Of a stretch of 64,000 nt of DNA, positions 1 through 14,100 are shown piece by piece (position 1 is the first letter of the stretch; every line of letters starts with the position of its first letter). The stretch comes from Takakia lepidozioides (Eukaryota; Plantae; Bryophyta). Location of the stretch: positions 54,746,001 through 54,810,000 of the forward strand of contig CM060733.1 in the NCBI GenBank assembly GCA_030704615.1, written 5' to 3'. The position numbers were made by a program, and so were the translations under genes. The notes under the pieces were generated by a model that made no database searches, was not told the origin of the DNA, and saw only the letters and a program-made list of their open reading frames with translations.

Positions 1-1
1 C

Positions 2-1558
2 TACAGCGATGGTACCGACTGGAGCTGTCTGTACGTAGTAGATGACTATGGTCTGCCATGCTCCCCTGCCAGCTCTGGAAACAGGTTTCCAGTAAAGGTG
101 TCTGATAGTGGCCTTTCATTCCGAGGTGACCTACAGCGCGAGAGAGAGGAAGCAGAGAATTCGAGCTTTGCACTCGAACCTAGGGCATCCACATCCACCT
201 CAATTGGGTTCCAGAAAGTAGTCAAGGGATCGAGTGTCGCAAGATGTGCTACAAAATTGAAGCAGGGTGATCTGTCCGAGTTTTTGGGCCTTAAGCGCAA
301 GCCCTCAGCGCAGAAGATTTTGAGTGTTAAGAAGCCAGGCCATCAAGACATTTTGGATTATTTTGGATTGCCTCGGCTTGTAAAGCAACCAGCTGTGGCT
401 ACAGAATTCATTGGCAAGTTTCAGCGCCGGGACTCCTCACCCGCATCTACCAGTTCCAAGAGAGGGCAGAGACAGGGTAGAGGGGGTTGGCCAAGTGAGG
501 AAAGAGATGGCGATGAACCTCGCGCTGTTAGAAGCTGCCCATTCTACAAGAAGATACCAGGGACGTCCTTCACAGTGGATGCCTTCCGTTATGGAGCAGT
601 CGAGGGATGCACAGCCTACTTTTTATCCCACTTCCATAGTGATCACTACGGAGGTCTCACTCGAAAGTGGTCTCATGGCCCCATCTTCTGCACTCCTGTC
701 ACAGCCCACCTTGTTGCAATGTGCTTATATGTGGATAGGCAATGGTTGCATCCGTTACCGCTTGGTGTAATGCAGATGATTGGGGGTGTGGAGGTGCAAT
801 TTCTAGAGGCCAATCACTGTCCGGGAGCTGCACTCATTCTCTTTCGACTGCCAGGTGGGCAAAGGGTCCTTCACACAGGAGATTTTCGGGCCTGCAAGGG
901 TATGCAATGCTATCCAGAGCTCATTGGTGCTCGCATTTTCTCTCTCTATCTGGACACCACGTATTGTAATCCCAAGTATAAGTTCCCTTTGCAGGAGGCT
1001 GTGATAGACTTTGTGATCAGAGTCACAAGGGCAACCAGAGCTCGGAACTCCAAAACACTGGTGGTGGTAGGAGCATACAGCATTGGCAAGGAGCGTGTCT
1101 ATCTCGGGATTGCCGAGGCCCTTGGAATGCAGATTTATGCAGATCATAGGCGAGGTCGTGTGCTGAAATCACTGGATTGGCCTGCTCTAAGTGATCGGTT
1201 ATGCATGGATGCATCCAGCAGTGCACTCCATGTATTACCCATATCAAGCTTGAATGCTCAGAAACTGAGGGCTTATTTGCAAAGCTTCCATCCTCAGTAC
1301 ACTGCAGTATTAGGATTTCGTCCTACAGGCTGGACGTATTCAGAGAAAATAGGAGGCCATTTAGAGCAACTCAAACCACAGTGCACTGGACCTGTCACCA
1401 TATATGGTGTTCCCTACAGTGAGCATTCCAGCTTCACAGAACTCCAAGAGTTTGTCCAGTTCATACGCCCCCAAAAGATTATACCCACCGTCAACATTGG
1501 AAGTGCTGCCCAAAGGGAGCAGATGCAATCCTTTTTTCGCCAGTGGCTTGGGAGTTAG
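2..1558 (+). CDS. SNM1: DNA cross-link repair nuclease SNM1/PSO2 (metallo-beta-lactamase + beta-CASP), 5' end outside window
   Basis: The frame is open from base 2 (YSDGTDWSCL...). It contains CPFYKKIPGT, HFHSDH (HxHxDH), ANHCPGA, LHTGDFR, LDTTYCNPKY, FRPTGWT and VPYSEHSSF motifs. Stop at 1556-1558; no introns in the visible part. Confidence 0.95.
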   Translation, partial: YSDGTDWSCLYVVDDYGLPCSPASSGNRFPVKVSDSGLSFRGDLQREREEAENSSFALEPRASTSTSIGFQKVVKGSSVARCATKLKQGDLSEFLGLKRKPSAQKILSVKKPGHQDILDYFGLPRLVKQPAVATEFIGKFQRRDSSPASTSSKRGQRQGRGGWPSEERDGDEPRAVRSCPFYKKIPGTSFTVDAFRYGAVEGCTAYFLSHFHSDHYGGLTRKWSHGPIFCTPVTAHLVAMCLYVDRQWLHPLPLGVMQMIGGVEVQFLEANHCPGAALILFRLPGGQRVLHTGDFRACKGMQCYPELIGARIFSLYLDTTYCNPKYKFPLQEAVIDFVIRVTRATRARNSKTLVVVGAYSIGKERVYLGIAEALGMQIYADHRRGRVLKSLDWPALSDRLCMDASSSALHVLPISSLNAQKLRAYLQSFHPQYTAVLGFRPTGWTYSEKIGGHLEQLKPQCTGPVTIYGVPYSEHSSFTELQEFVQFIRPQKIIPTVNIGSAAQREQMQSFFRQWLGS

Positions 1559-2262
1559 CTAATGTGCAGCGTGTGAGAAACATGGATGGGAAATCTTACA
1601 GGGGCCACAACAGTGCATAGGAGTCACAATTGTGGTCCTCTTTATGCTTGGAAATATGATTTATCTCCATGACAGGGAAAGAGGTGTATTTTTCTTGGCT
1701 ATTGGCACCATTAAATGAATCCTCCGAGTGCAGTTTTAAGGCCCAAATCTCTTGACCATTCAATACTTGTCCAACACCCTTGTTCACTCTATCTGCCTTG
1801 AAATGAGTGTCTGGATGGAAATTTCTTTTCTGTTTTTTGATGGTCAGCAAGGCAGCAAATGCAACTGCCGTAGTAGTTAGTGTTCTTTGATCTTTTGTTC
1901 AGATAGATGGCTGCTTTCTGTCCTTACTCTTGCTTGTAACATTTGACAAACCATAGCATTTACTTAAATTTGACAACCAAATCTCATGTTTCCACTTGTA
2001 ATATGCACCTCTGTCATTTCCATATAAGTTGATCGCTTCAGTGAGAGCTGCCTTCAAACAATTAGTCACCTGGTTGTTTTTCCTTCCTCATTTGCTGTCG
2101 GACAAGGAACTAGTAAGAGCTCTCTTTGGGGAGGACATATTTAGTGAATGTTTCAGAAATTTTAGAGGATTATTCATGGTGTTATCAGTAGAGAGAGAAG
2201 TCAATCTTCTTTCATCTTGAAAGAAGAAAAAAATGCTGTACATCGATTGCACATAGATAGGA

Positions 2263-5200
2263 TTAAGGTGAAGATAAAGCTTCACCCAGGTCTGTGAGCA
2301 CACACATGACCTGCTCTCTGGTTGCTCGGGATTTGCCATCTTCAGTATGGTAAATTCCGTTACTTGTTTGAAATCCAAAGGGACCAGACTGTGAGTAAGC
2401 ATCCATGCCACCTGCAGGATGAATTTTCTCCCCTGCAGATGCTACAACTTCGTCACTAGGTGGAGGAAGTCCAAGGGATTTGACAGGGTGTTGTCCCTTA
2501 GAGAGTTGATGCTGTTGGATGACAATCACTGAGGCTCTCATGTGATTGACCTCTTTGGAGACGAGAAGATCTCCTATCGGGCCCAGGCCATGCTCCTCTA
2601 TTGCTGGGAAGTGTGACAGAGGGCTGTTAGAATTCAAGTGAAGCCCAACAATGAGCAGCCCATATTCAGATGAGCTTGCAACTTTTTTCACGGATTCATA
2701 GGGATCATCCATCTCCCAAACCTTTACAGTTAGGTTTGGGCTAGTGTGATGAGGCCCACTCTCTTCAGAATCTGGATCCGTGAACTGAGAGTCTATTGAT
2801 TCGTTGTTGCCCACCAGCTTACTCTCTCTCTCATTCATGGTTTTGGCAGCAGCAAGCAGGGGTGCAAGAGCTTCCATGTCTAGTTTCCTATTGTCTTCAG
2901 ACTCTAGTATGTCCATTTCGAGATGAACTGCCCCACCTTTCTCAAGTGGTGTGGGAACTTGCCCATTTGTCCCAACAGTCTTCCTGTTTGTTGCCTCTGA
3001 ATTCCCGTGACCTGCTTGATTCTTCTCGAATGATGCTGGCTCCTCCGTTTTACACCAGGGCGCCTTGAAAAAACCATATAGTCTCCTCCCCAGCCCAAGT
3101 ATAGCTTCCCAACCCTTCCCTACAGCTGATACATGCCCAACATCCTCAAAGCATTTTCTTGGAGAATGGGTCACCAGTGTGTCACTCGGGAGACTGAAAA
3201 TTCCATGCGGCGGCACGTGACTTCTGATCAAACAGTGAATCACCGTGAGCTTTACCCCACTATGCCGGGACATTCGGCATGCCAACAGGATAGCCTCACG
3301 GTCATCTGGTCCTCCAAAAAACAACACGCAAATATGCTGGGAGATGATCACAGGGATGGTTGCTGAATGTCCTCCGAACCCCCGATCGACAAAAATGCCC
3401 ACAGAGCAAGGGGAGTCCTTTAAAAGCATCTCATTCACATGCTGGCAACCCGAGTGCATAGACTCGAAGCTCCCATTGTGGCAGTGATACTTGTGAAAGG
3501 GTAGAATGACCAAATTTATCTGATTTTTAGTGGCCGTCGACCAAATGTCTTCATGCATGTTGTCGTAAGGACTGATGGCTGTCGTGGTCTTCACCTTCAT
3601 TCTATTCAGCTGCCCATATTTTTGAAATGTAACTTCCACTGAGTCAAACCTCGACTGTCCCTGCAGCATGGAAAGAGACACTTTGTGAGCAGAGAGGGAG
3701 AAATGAGTGGTCTCAGTCAGGCAGGCTTGCCAATTCTTAATCACAATGTTGTCTTCCAGTCAATAGCCCAAGTGTACCAAGACGCAATCCCATCCAAAGG
3801 TGTCCCAGAGTACTTCTAGTACGACTGCATGACCGAAAAATGTTCAAAGGACTGAAACATGAGGGTCCTACCTCTCTCCAATCGATTTCCCCACCCTTCC
3901 TGTCCATGGATCCAATCCGGATAGCAGAACAGTGGTCTGATAACTCCATCAAATGCAGCAGAAATAGACGCAGTGATTTATGCTCTTTTCCCTTTGTCAT
4001 TTCTGCCAGGTATATCATGGCTGGTAGATTTTGTGATCCATGAGCACAGATCAGCATGCGTAACTGATCTTTATCGCTAGCATCAAGTCTTCTCTGTTTG
4101 TATGGGGTAATGTCACAGGCGGGATTATAGAGCCACATCACTATTGGTGTTGTGATGAAAGTGGTCACAATGGCCATAATCACCATGATGGCAAAAAGCT
4201 CCGGAGTGATAACCTACATGAATAACCACCAATTGATCCTTAGCAAAATTTATGAAGGTTACTGCTGTGTGACCTACACGGTTGAAACTTTGCTTTCATA
4301 TTTGAAATTAGGCCAGAGACCTTACATGGCCCCCTGATGAACAACACAACCAGAGATAAGAGTCGGTGCTTTCCTTTCTCAAATCAGTTGATACAGATTT
4401 AAGATGGACATCATACTCCTGAACTTCAAGGTGTAACCCCCATCTAGCCTCTCAATAGTGATGGGAGGGACCTTGATAAAAACTCAACTTGCCTCCAGCA
4501 GAATTCCAAACCTGGTGATCTAGGCTATCACATATCTTTTGAGAAGCCAACAATACTCCATCAAGTTACGATAAGATGGAATCTTAAAAAAGGGACTGCT
4601 TACAAAATCAAGTACATTCCACGATGTTTTGAGACCCAAAAATCCTTGGCAACCACAACCAACAGCTGAATGATCTCAAGGTGTGGAAAAGCATGCACTG
4701 ATTATATCATTCCTGCTTGAGTCTTGTGGTGCAGTTTTGACTTAAGCAGTGTGTGGAGGTGGCCAAGAAAGAGGGAGGTTGGGGGGGGGGGGAGTACGCA
4801 CCCCTTTAGAGAGGCCAATGTTCAGGACAATGAGCTCCAGCAGACCTTTTGTGTTCATAAGAAAACCTAGCGCCATAGACTTCCGCAATTCCATGCCCCA
4901 TACCTTGGCAACAATCATGGTACCCATGACTTTCCCTAGGCATGCAGTCGCCAGCACCATTGCTAAAATCCCCACTGGATTTGTCCACCCAGGCCGAGAT
5001 TGCCCTTGTTAATGAAGGTTCTACTTCCATCATATCTAACTCTCGTGGTTGAGGGATATAGAGAAACAGAGAAAGAAGGGGCTTCTGAGAGGTTTATGGA
5101 TAGTAGAAGTCAAGCCCATGTATGGAATATCACTGACAGTCATAATGTTGGTCATTGAGTTCCATACCAGCATTGCTACCGTTCATGGCAGAGATGTTGG

Positions 5201-7560
5201 TCTTGAGGCCGGAGGAAGCAAAATAAAGAGGTAGAAACAGTATGCTCACATAATCCTCCATCTTCTCAATCAGTATCGCTGCAGACCACACACAAGATGA
5301 ACTGTGAGGGATCCGGGAGCAAGAAATCCGATAAAGTCAATTGTGTGTCAACACAATAGACATCAGGAAATTGATGTTGGAGAAAGACTAACCTGCAAAT
5401 GGACCGTCATTGGGAATGATGAGCCCGCATATGAATGCCCCAAAAATGACATGAATTCCAATAAGATCAGAAAGTAAAGCTGCTGCCAAGACTAACACCA
5501 GTGTAAAAGCGATTATGGGCTCTGGAATTGGCTCCTCGTACTGTGCCATAGCAAATGCAATGGGGCGAACTAGCAGAAACATGAAAGCTAGGAAAGCAAT
5601 CCCCAGTGCAAGAACCCACAAGGCCAATATAGGCGATGACCCAGCATTTGGTATTGTGACTGCCAGGGCTAAGAGTATCCACGCCACAATGTCGTTTACG
5701 GCTGCTGCCGACATGGCTATCTCACCGATCTGCAATTTTCAGCACCTCTTTTCCTTCAGACGCGAGAGGAGAAACTCAAATCGAACTGTCAATATCTTTG
5801 TGGGTCCAAGGTTCTCTTTTTTGGCTAACATTTCCCTTGTGAATGTTGTGTCTTCTCAAATTTGTCATGTAGACCCTCGAACATGTCAGTTTACTCTCTC
5901 GCATTGTCCAATTACAATGTCATGATCATTTTCTCTAATATCTGAGTCAGGGAGAAAACCCACCTCAGTCGTTAGAAGTTTCCGTTCTGCTAGGATTCGG
6001 GCAAGCACAGGGAAGGCGGTAATGGAAAGAGCGACACCAATGAACATCGTAAACGAACCGAAATTCGAATGCAGGCCCTTCAGGACTTTGAAAATAACAC
6101 AGGAAACAATAACCGCCAGTCCGAAGGGTAGTATTATACCAGCTGCGGCCATCCAAAGGGCTGGTGCTCTAGTCCTGTCAATTCCGTTTCCAAATCCCAG
6201 TTGTTAGAGAAGCTGAGAGAATGTGCTCATAAGAAAGGTTTGCCGTAGCCTTCTGGGCATAGACCCCGTGCCCAGTTTGGGCGTCCGGAACAAAAGGGAA
6301 CAGATACCACCTTTGTGAGGGGCTCACTCCAGTAGTGGGACCTACCTTGATATAAACGATTAGTTTGGGATGTCCAGATATCCTCATTAAGCTCTTCACA
6401 CAACCATCAATCCGCTGTGTGTGAGCAGTCCAAAAGTGAGAGATTGGAGAGAGAGACAGAGAGAGAACCTAATTGACTCTTCAATAACCCCTCTGACCTT
6501 TCTTACCAGCAAGCATCGTCTTCACATCCATTACTTCTGATCGTTGCATTTTAAGAGCAGAAGGTGATTTCCATTTCGGCTGACCCCTCTAGCTCCCTCT
6601 CTCTCTCTGGATTGCATGAAGTGTCTTTCTTTTCTCTTTTTTCTGTACCACTGAACCAAAAATGACGTTAGCATCATTACAGAGTAAGGGTAGCGTGCAT
6701 ACTTGCGAATCTTTTTCATGTCGAGCTCGAGGCCAACGAGAAAAACGAAGAAGATGAGACCGAGATTAGCTAATACGTCCAGCACTACCAATGAACTAGT
6801 CGGAAATAACTTTTGGGTGAAGCCTGGAATGCGACCAAATGCACTCGGTCCTAGCAATATGCCCCCAATAATTTCTGCATCGTGATTCAATCCAGAATCC
6901 CTCAGATGTCAGTTTAGAACTTTTGATTGGGCACCGACTTACGAGTTTCTTCTTGTTTTCAGTTATAGGATGAAATGAAGTCCCAACAGAGCCTCTCTAG
7001 GAAGTCGGCCTGCAGCTATGGTAGTGATCCACACACCGACCATGGTAACTAATAAGAATGCGAATACTGTGAATAAACGACTGAGGTGTGTATTGATCAG
7101 CTAACGTGCAGCAACTTGTTGGGCTGCATTAGAACAACTTTAGCTACAATGTAATGACTTCAGGGGCTATGGCATGCATACATGTTCTAGTAGGAATGGA
7201 CGTATTGATCATGACAATGTGATATAAGTTTAAAAACTCCTGAAGATATAGCTTCAGAGCTAAAGGAGAGTTGGTAGTCTTCAAAACACTCAATCCCCTT
7301 GCAAATATCATCTTTTTATAACGAAAGGGTGAACGCACAAGGATGACTAAGATCTAGGTATGAATACACGGGAGAGAAATTTTACCAGCCACAACCCGAG
7401 GTTGTCTGAGGGGCCTCAGGAGGAAGGTGATGAGACGGGAGAGGCCAATGATTAGGGCTATCTGTAAAATTACCAGGAGCAATGCATTGTGCATAGGATT
7501 GGCCCCTGTCACCACCCCGGTCCCGGATGTTACTTCAGATGTCGTGTTTAGCATTGCCAT
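2263..7560 (-). CDS. CHX: Cation/H+ exchanger (CHX, CPA2 family), 8 exons
   Basis: GT-AG exons 7560-7386, 6874-6703, 6174-5964, 5729-5393, 5278-5168, 4974-4802, 4213-3872, 3660-2263 join in frame. Motifs [88 protein letters not shown]. Confidence 0.93.
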
Positions 7561-9422
7561 TTCCCCTCCAGATATGTTTGTAGCCGACTGTAGGCCCACA
7601 AATGAAGATCGTCAAATGAAGACGTACTTCAAAATTCAACGTTTATATATGCTCCGCTGAACAATCTCTATCCCTCTCTTCAACACTGATCCGTAAGATG
7701 ATCATTAATTAAGACAGCTGGCCAGCTATATCAGATGCCACTTTGTCATACTGCAACTGATCTCGGGCCTCAAAGTCGACTTCGAGTACAATTTCTAGAA
7801 CAATATTTTAAGGCGGCATAGATCACCAGCCAGCTACAGAGTCAAAATGTAGCCCGGTATATGTATAAGAGAATGTGACGAATTAGAAGAAACTGACGAA
7901 CTCCATTCAAGACGTCCGACATTTGCGCCGGGGAATTTGCAAGTCTCTCATTGATCTAGTATGCTTCGTCCAAGTTACAATGATGAAGATGAACACCCGT
8001 TTAATAATAGTTTCCTTAAGTTTGAGACCTGTCCAGCTGCACTCTACAGAGAAAGACAGAAAGAGAAGAGTTCACTCGATAACTTCTGGACACAGGAAGA
8101 CCTTGAAAGAGGGAGCTCTAGATAGATTCAACTGGTTAGTGTCATTACGGTGGCCCTGCCTTCCCTCTTTGGCACCACGGATCACGCTTGGCCGCTGACT
8201 CTGTTTCGTACCAACACAATTGCGGAACGAGCTGATCAAAGAGCTGAGCTCGTATGAATTGATCACACTAGATATGCAGTCATGCCACCCTCACAAATCC
8301 TGATCAATTCTACACTCGAGCTCCGACCTTCTGATCCCTCATACGTGCTTACAAACTCAGACTGTCAGCACACACTTCACAACACGGGGAGGCTCAGTCA
8401 TATAATCACTTCCTTCACCTAATACCCTCACCTCCCCCCTCCACGGCCTCCTTGCGCGCCGCCACGGGACGGACGTCGTCCGTCCGTGACCGGAGCGCCG
8501 ACGGCGTTTGCCCGTCCACGTCGCACCCCACGGACGAACGGCTCCCGTTCGTCCGCCCGTTTGCCGGCGTCGTTGACGCGTGTCGTGGGACCACACTTTC
8601 TCGTCAGTCCAATAGCCAGAGTTTAGCCAGAGGCGAGTTGGAGTGATTTTTCGCTAATTAGTTTTTTTTTTCGGTTTTTAGAATAAAACATATTTCATGT
8701 CAGAACATGCGCGTTGTACTTACTGGAATCTAACATCGACCTACCCCATCCAAGAACGTATAACTGCCCATGCCCTAATACAGGCAGTATTCTTGGCTCC
8801 GGTATATACGAATCTAGTAGGTACCTACCAGATGCTTTTCTACCAGCGTGGCCCGTGTATTTGTTGGAGTAGGATAGGACCTGTGGATACCTATTGTATT
8901 GTATCACCTAGAGCTGTACAAATGTACATTTGGCTTTCTGATACATACGGTCCGAGAAAGAGGGAGTATTTTGGGCTGGGAATGGGCAAGAGTACAGGCT
9001 GCCGAGATGAGCATGTAGATCTGGAAGACACTAGATATGATCAGATTTGCCTGCAACCATCTCTCTCTCTCTTTTGCTTTCTGCAGCCATCACTGATCTT
9101 CTTGCTCAGCTCTAGAGAGGTTTTTGTGGTCATCTCCTTCCCTTCCTATTTGGTGTGAACTGTAGGAAGACTTCCGAAGCACTTGCTCTTCTTTAGAAAT
9201 CTCTCACAAGTTGTGGTCGCATCCTTCCCTTAATCTTAATCCTGTAGACTAGTATTTGGTGGGAGCACACATGTTGTTCCTGTAGCTCTATTACAGTCGA
9301 TATCTTGTATCTTGAGCCTTGTAAGTTGTCTCTCCCGCTCTCGATCTGTACGCTTGTTTGTCAGTAGTTAGATAAATCTAGATACATCGAGGCTCAGAGT
9401 TTGAGCCGAGTCGAGTAGAGCC

Positions 9423-9809
9423 ATGAAAGGTAGTTGGATGGTGATGCTAGCCGGATTGCTTGCTATGTCTACCTCTCTGTGGGGGGCAAACGCTACCATC
9501 ACTCTGTTCAACGACTGCTACGGTCCTAATGTGTCAGTGACCGTGGTTAATCCGAGCACACGGCAGCTATTGTATGAGGGGCGACCCCCTGTTGGGTCTC
9601 AAATGCACGTGGACACGGGGGATGCTGATGCTGTAACTGGAAAGTTTAGCATCCCTACAGACCATCTGTATGTGACGATCAGCCTGCAGGACGGTGTCCA
9701 TGTGCTGATGCAGGACTATCTGGTGCTGCAGTACCACGCTAGAATTGGGATGATTGGATATCTGACAGACGATTCTGGAGTTATTTTGAGCACCATCTTT
9801 ACGCTGTGA
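9423..9809 (+). CDS. Small predicted secreted protein of unknown function (128 aa)
   Basis: Single-exon ATG-TGA ORF with good start context (gccATGa). Hydrophobic N-terminus ends in A-N-A (signal peptidase-type site). The mature part has beta-strand-like patterning. Confidence 0.6.
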   Translation: MKGSWMVMLAGLLAMSTSLWGANATITLFNDCYGPNVSVTVVNPSTRQLLYEGRPPVGSQMHVDTGDADAVTGKFSIPTDHLYVTISLQDGVHVLMQDYLVLQYHARIGMIGYLTDDSGVILSTIFTL

Positions 9810-11165
9810 AGGTTCATATGAACATCTTTGCTTGACTAGTTTCTTTCTCTGCAAGGTCTCTAAACTTACAGAGCTGCAGAGAGAAGAATCTGGGCGGCAA
9901 TTCGAGGGTCTGGACAAGATTCCCCCTTAAAGATGGGTAGTTGTTCAGTTCCATTTGGAAGCGATCTGATTGAGCTAGACATGGATTGATTAGATTTTCA
10001 TACTATGACCTAGACTTGGAGTGATTTGATTAGATGTAGCTGCTAACTGCCGCTTGCCCATGACTTGAATGATCAAGTTGATTACGTTAGGAAATTTGCA
10101 GTACGTGTGTGCAAGTGATGAGAGCTGAAGAATGAAGTGCAAGTCTTTGAAACTAAAGTGATGAAATGCAAGAGCGAAAGATTTCACTAAGTTACTCATA
10201 CGATCCGACTTGTGAAAATGTGGAATTGTTTGACAACTCTAGCTAGTTCTTTTCCGCGATCAACAAACGTACAGTATAGTCATCTCTAGAATACAACTCA
10301 ATGTGCTGCCATTGAACCATGCGATGGCCGCAAAATCCAGCAGAGAACTCTTAGAAATATACTTTGCTTTTGAGAGAATGGCTTGAGCCAAACTCCACTC
10401 TTTAGAATGTGACCTCAAGATTCTAAATCCATCATCTCACACTGAAACATGATGTCTCTGTGCGAAGTCTGAAAGTCCTCAGATGAGGTGGGCTGCATTA
10501 CTGGGAATGGATGCTTCAGTATCCCTAAGCTCCATGTTGTTATGATCTGTCCTAGAATCAGCTGAGAATGAACACCATTTCACTGAAAAGCACCTGTTCT
10601 CAAACATCTTGGTGGACCATTTATTAATGGTGCAGTGGACACACACCAAGACTCCAAGTACATTTCGATGCCCAAATCACCAACACCTCTTCCAGCAGCA
10701 GCCCACTGGAATTATCGAAGGCAGCTAGTTGCAAACCTGTTCATCACAAAAGCAATTAACAAGATGCTCCTCCCAAGAACGAGTACTCTGGTTTCCTGGC
10801 AAATGTCTTGTGAGATGCACTGCAAAGGTCTCAAACGGTTGTTAAAGTCTGTCTCAGTATTGTAAAAATTGAAGCAATCGTATCACACTGTTAACGGGAA
10901 CCAATAGTGGCCTGAGCTTCACAATGTATAAGGACCTACTCTATAGGAACACATTACTTTACATTCTCTAATTACATGATATGACACTCTGCAGCTCGTG
11001 TGTCTGTCCATACCACATCCACAGAGATCATCCATCCCTAGTGTACAGGACAACCCTGCCAAACTGGGTTTCCAAAGGCAGAGTGAAAAAAGGCATTGTG
11101 CCTTGCACAACTGAACTTTGCCAATGAGCTAAGAGTTCTTCTATCTGCTCCCCGAGGGAGGAAAG

Positions 11166-14100
11166 TTAAGCTGCCATCTGCAGGACCTCTTGACGCTTGA
11201 TTTGAAACACCTCCTTCAGCACATCCTCGACTACCTGCCAGAGCCCACAGAGAGTATTGCTCACAAAAGATCGCAACAACAAAAGTATAAACATTAATTG
11301 ACATACTCAACATTAGAAATTACACCAGGAGGCTTCAATAGACAGCTGTAAGAGGTGCTTTTCACTTTTCTGATTCTCCAGCCAAAAAGAATGTACTCAT
11401 AAGATGTGGTTTGCCGTAGCCTTGTGGGGCATTCTCCAGCCAAATAGAAATATAAATTGAGACACCAATAGACAGCCTCAGCAACCTCGGCAGAAATGAA
11501 GAAAGCCATTATGCACGTATGAAACTACCCGTGGAGTCCAAAGAGAGACAGTACCTTGTCAGGGGTGGAGGCACCCGAGGTGATGCCAATTGTGACGGGG
11601 CCCTCTGGCAACCAGTTCTCCTTCTCTACATACTCACCATGCTGCATTCCAACAACTTGAACAGATTATCAACTTGGCATGGTCTGAAGGGAGAGACCAG
11701 AGAAAATGTTGGTAACCTGAGAAGGTGGCATTGTTCGGTAGGAACTGGAGGAGTATTGCATCTGACTCGTCACTAAAAAGAAAATGCTTTTAATAACGCC
11801 AGGAAGCAAGTTTTTGAAATATAAATGGGGATAGCACATGGCAAAGCATATAATAAAGGAGAAACAACATGAACCTACATTTAGTTTGAAGCCAATCTTA
11901 TTGCCAGGGCCAATTCGCTTCTCCGTATCAATCCAGTAGGAAGGAATATTATTTAGTTCTGCAATTTCTTGCAAGTGCGACGTGTTACTGGAGTTCCAGC
12001 CACCCACTACCAGCATGAGGTCGACCTTCTCCTCCACAAGCTTGTGCATTGCGTCTTGCCTCTCCTGCACCACCATATTCTTAGTCAGATCACTTATCGT
12101 ACTCCTAATATCTTAGGCTAGTTCAAACCAGATCACCTTCAATGGATGCCAAATTGCTGATTTCTGAGATGAATGCATCTGCACTCAAAGGACATCTCAT
12201 CGTACAAAATTGGCAGGATTTCCTAAGAACTTATTCCCTGCCTCAGTTAAACCTGTGGTGGTTTTGGTTCAGGAGATAACGCTGCCTTTAAGTAGCCCAA
12301 GTCCCCTCAAGACTACCGACCTGGGTGGCATCACATATAGTATTGAAGCTCATGAAGTGCTCAGTGGCATTCTCCACTCCATGTTTCTGCATCATAGTCC
12401 TCTCCATCAATTTTCCTGCCACCAGCAATCAAAGAGCACAAACTTATTTCCGTGCGACCATCCTGGTAACCCACCAGGGTCAGCAATGCAATCTAGGCAG
12501 TGTGGAGCTGTTTTTGAAGAGAATGGAGCTCACCAATCTCCTCAGTCTCTCCCTTTAGCATTGTAGTCTGGTTGGCGATGCCCAGTTTCTCCAGATCTTC
12601 ATCCGGGTTGAACCCCTTTGAAATTGCGAACTTGAATTTCTGTGGACAACTTATTTCCAACCATGAGAGACACAAACTGAAATTTTATCATTACGCCACT
12701 AATAAACAACGGAAAACACCTGTATGTCGATCTCCACAATAGACAAGAACAAACTATTATAGAACCAAATTTCCCTCAGTCACCACTAGCAAGAATCCCA
12801 ACTCTTATCACTGGCATAGGTTATGGTGAAACTAATTCGGTATTCATTCTGTAACCAGTGTAAGTTCTCTGCCACATGTTTGTCTAACCAATGACTAGAT
12901 AACCCCAAGCGTCTAAAACGACCATCCATCAGACCCCTGCCAGTTACACGAGGAGATAGTTCAAGCACCACTTCCCTGAACAGATCATTAATAAGAGTTG
13001 AAGCCATGTTGAATCCATTGTAGATACAGTGATGAAACAAAATTACAGAAAATCAAAACTGACAGAAATTGGACTAATGTGCAATCAGAGTAGTGCTCAA
13101 GGGCATTATACACATCTACTGGAACGACTTACTTCAAGAAACTCCTCCTTGCTGCCACTGGAGCCATTCAGCTTTCCTCCCAAGATATAGTCTGCGACAT
13201 AATTGGCCTGCCATAATAACAAAGCCAATGTCAAAGTCAAAGCCAATGTCTTATTTCAGAACATCTTCTTTCCATGGACCCCTCTGACAAGGCAAAATTT
13301 TTTTGACAGATTGGTTCTCAGATATTGGAAAATTTTAGACAAATCACAGACTTGAATATTTGCCAGCCTCTATCGCATTTTATTTCTCAACTTGGCAAAC
13401 TCAGAACAACTAACTGAAACCTAGAACGATCCGCACAAGGGGCTAAGGGTCCAAAAGACATCCAAGCTGATAAGAAAATGAGGGAAAACGCCGTACCTCG
13501 CCCATGTTCTTAACAATAATGTATTTTCCTGCAAAGGAAGCAGTCGCCACAGTCTCTTCATGAGCATACTTGCCATGAATCACCGATGTGCAGGTCAACT
13601 TCTTATGCTTCTCCACCGTGTTCCACACCTGAAATCCCAATTGAGAAGTTTCTGGGTTAAGACCTTTCTTCTGTCTCCCTTTTCTGCACTGAAGATCCTA
13701 CTGGATGCAAAGGTCAGCCAGACCAGGAAGGTCGTAGAGAGGTCAGGCAGAAAGAGACAAGTAAGTTGAAGCAAAGACAACCTTCGAGACCCAAGGGCAG
13801 GTGGTGTCCACAATTTGCACTTTCTTGTCACTAAGTATTTGCATCTCCTGAACAGCTGCCCCAAATGCAGGTAGTATGACCACATCACCCTTCTCCACAA
13901 CCTCGAAATCCTTGCCTTCAGGAGTCACTGGAATATATTCAACTTTCATTTCTTCCATTTTCTGGCCACCACATGACATCCACACAACTCTTCATCTTTC
14001 AGCATAGATTAAAGCGCAAAAATGTAACAAAAAATACACCACCATAAAACTCGGCCACTTGACAGCTGCTAGGCCCTGTTGCCTGTACCTCGCTGTGGTC

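Noticed and set aside
8400-8600. Coding exon or element in the GC-rich CGTCCG patch
   Set aside because: No convincing ORF, termini or TSD; probably promoter-region or old repeat sequence.
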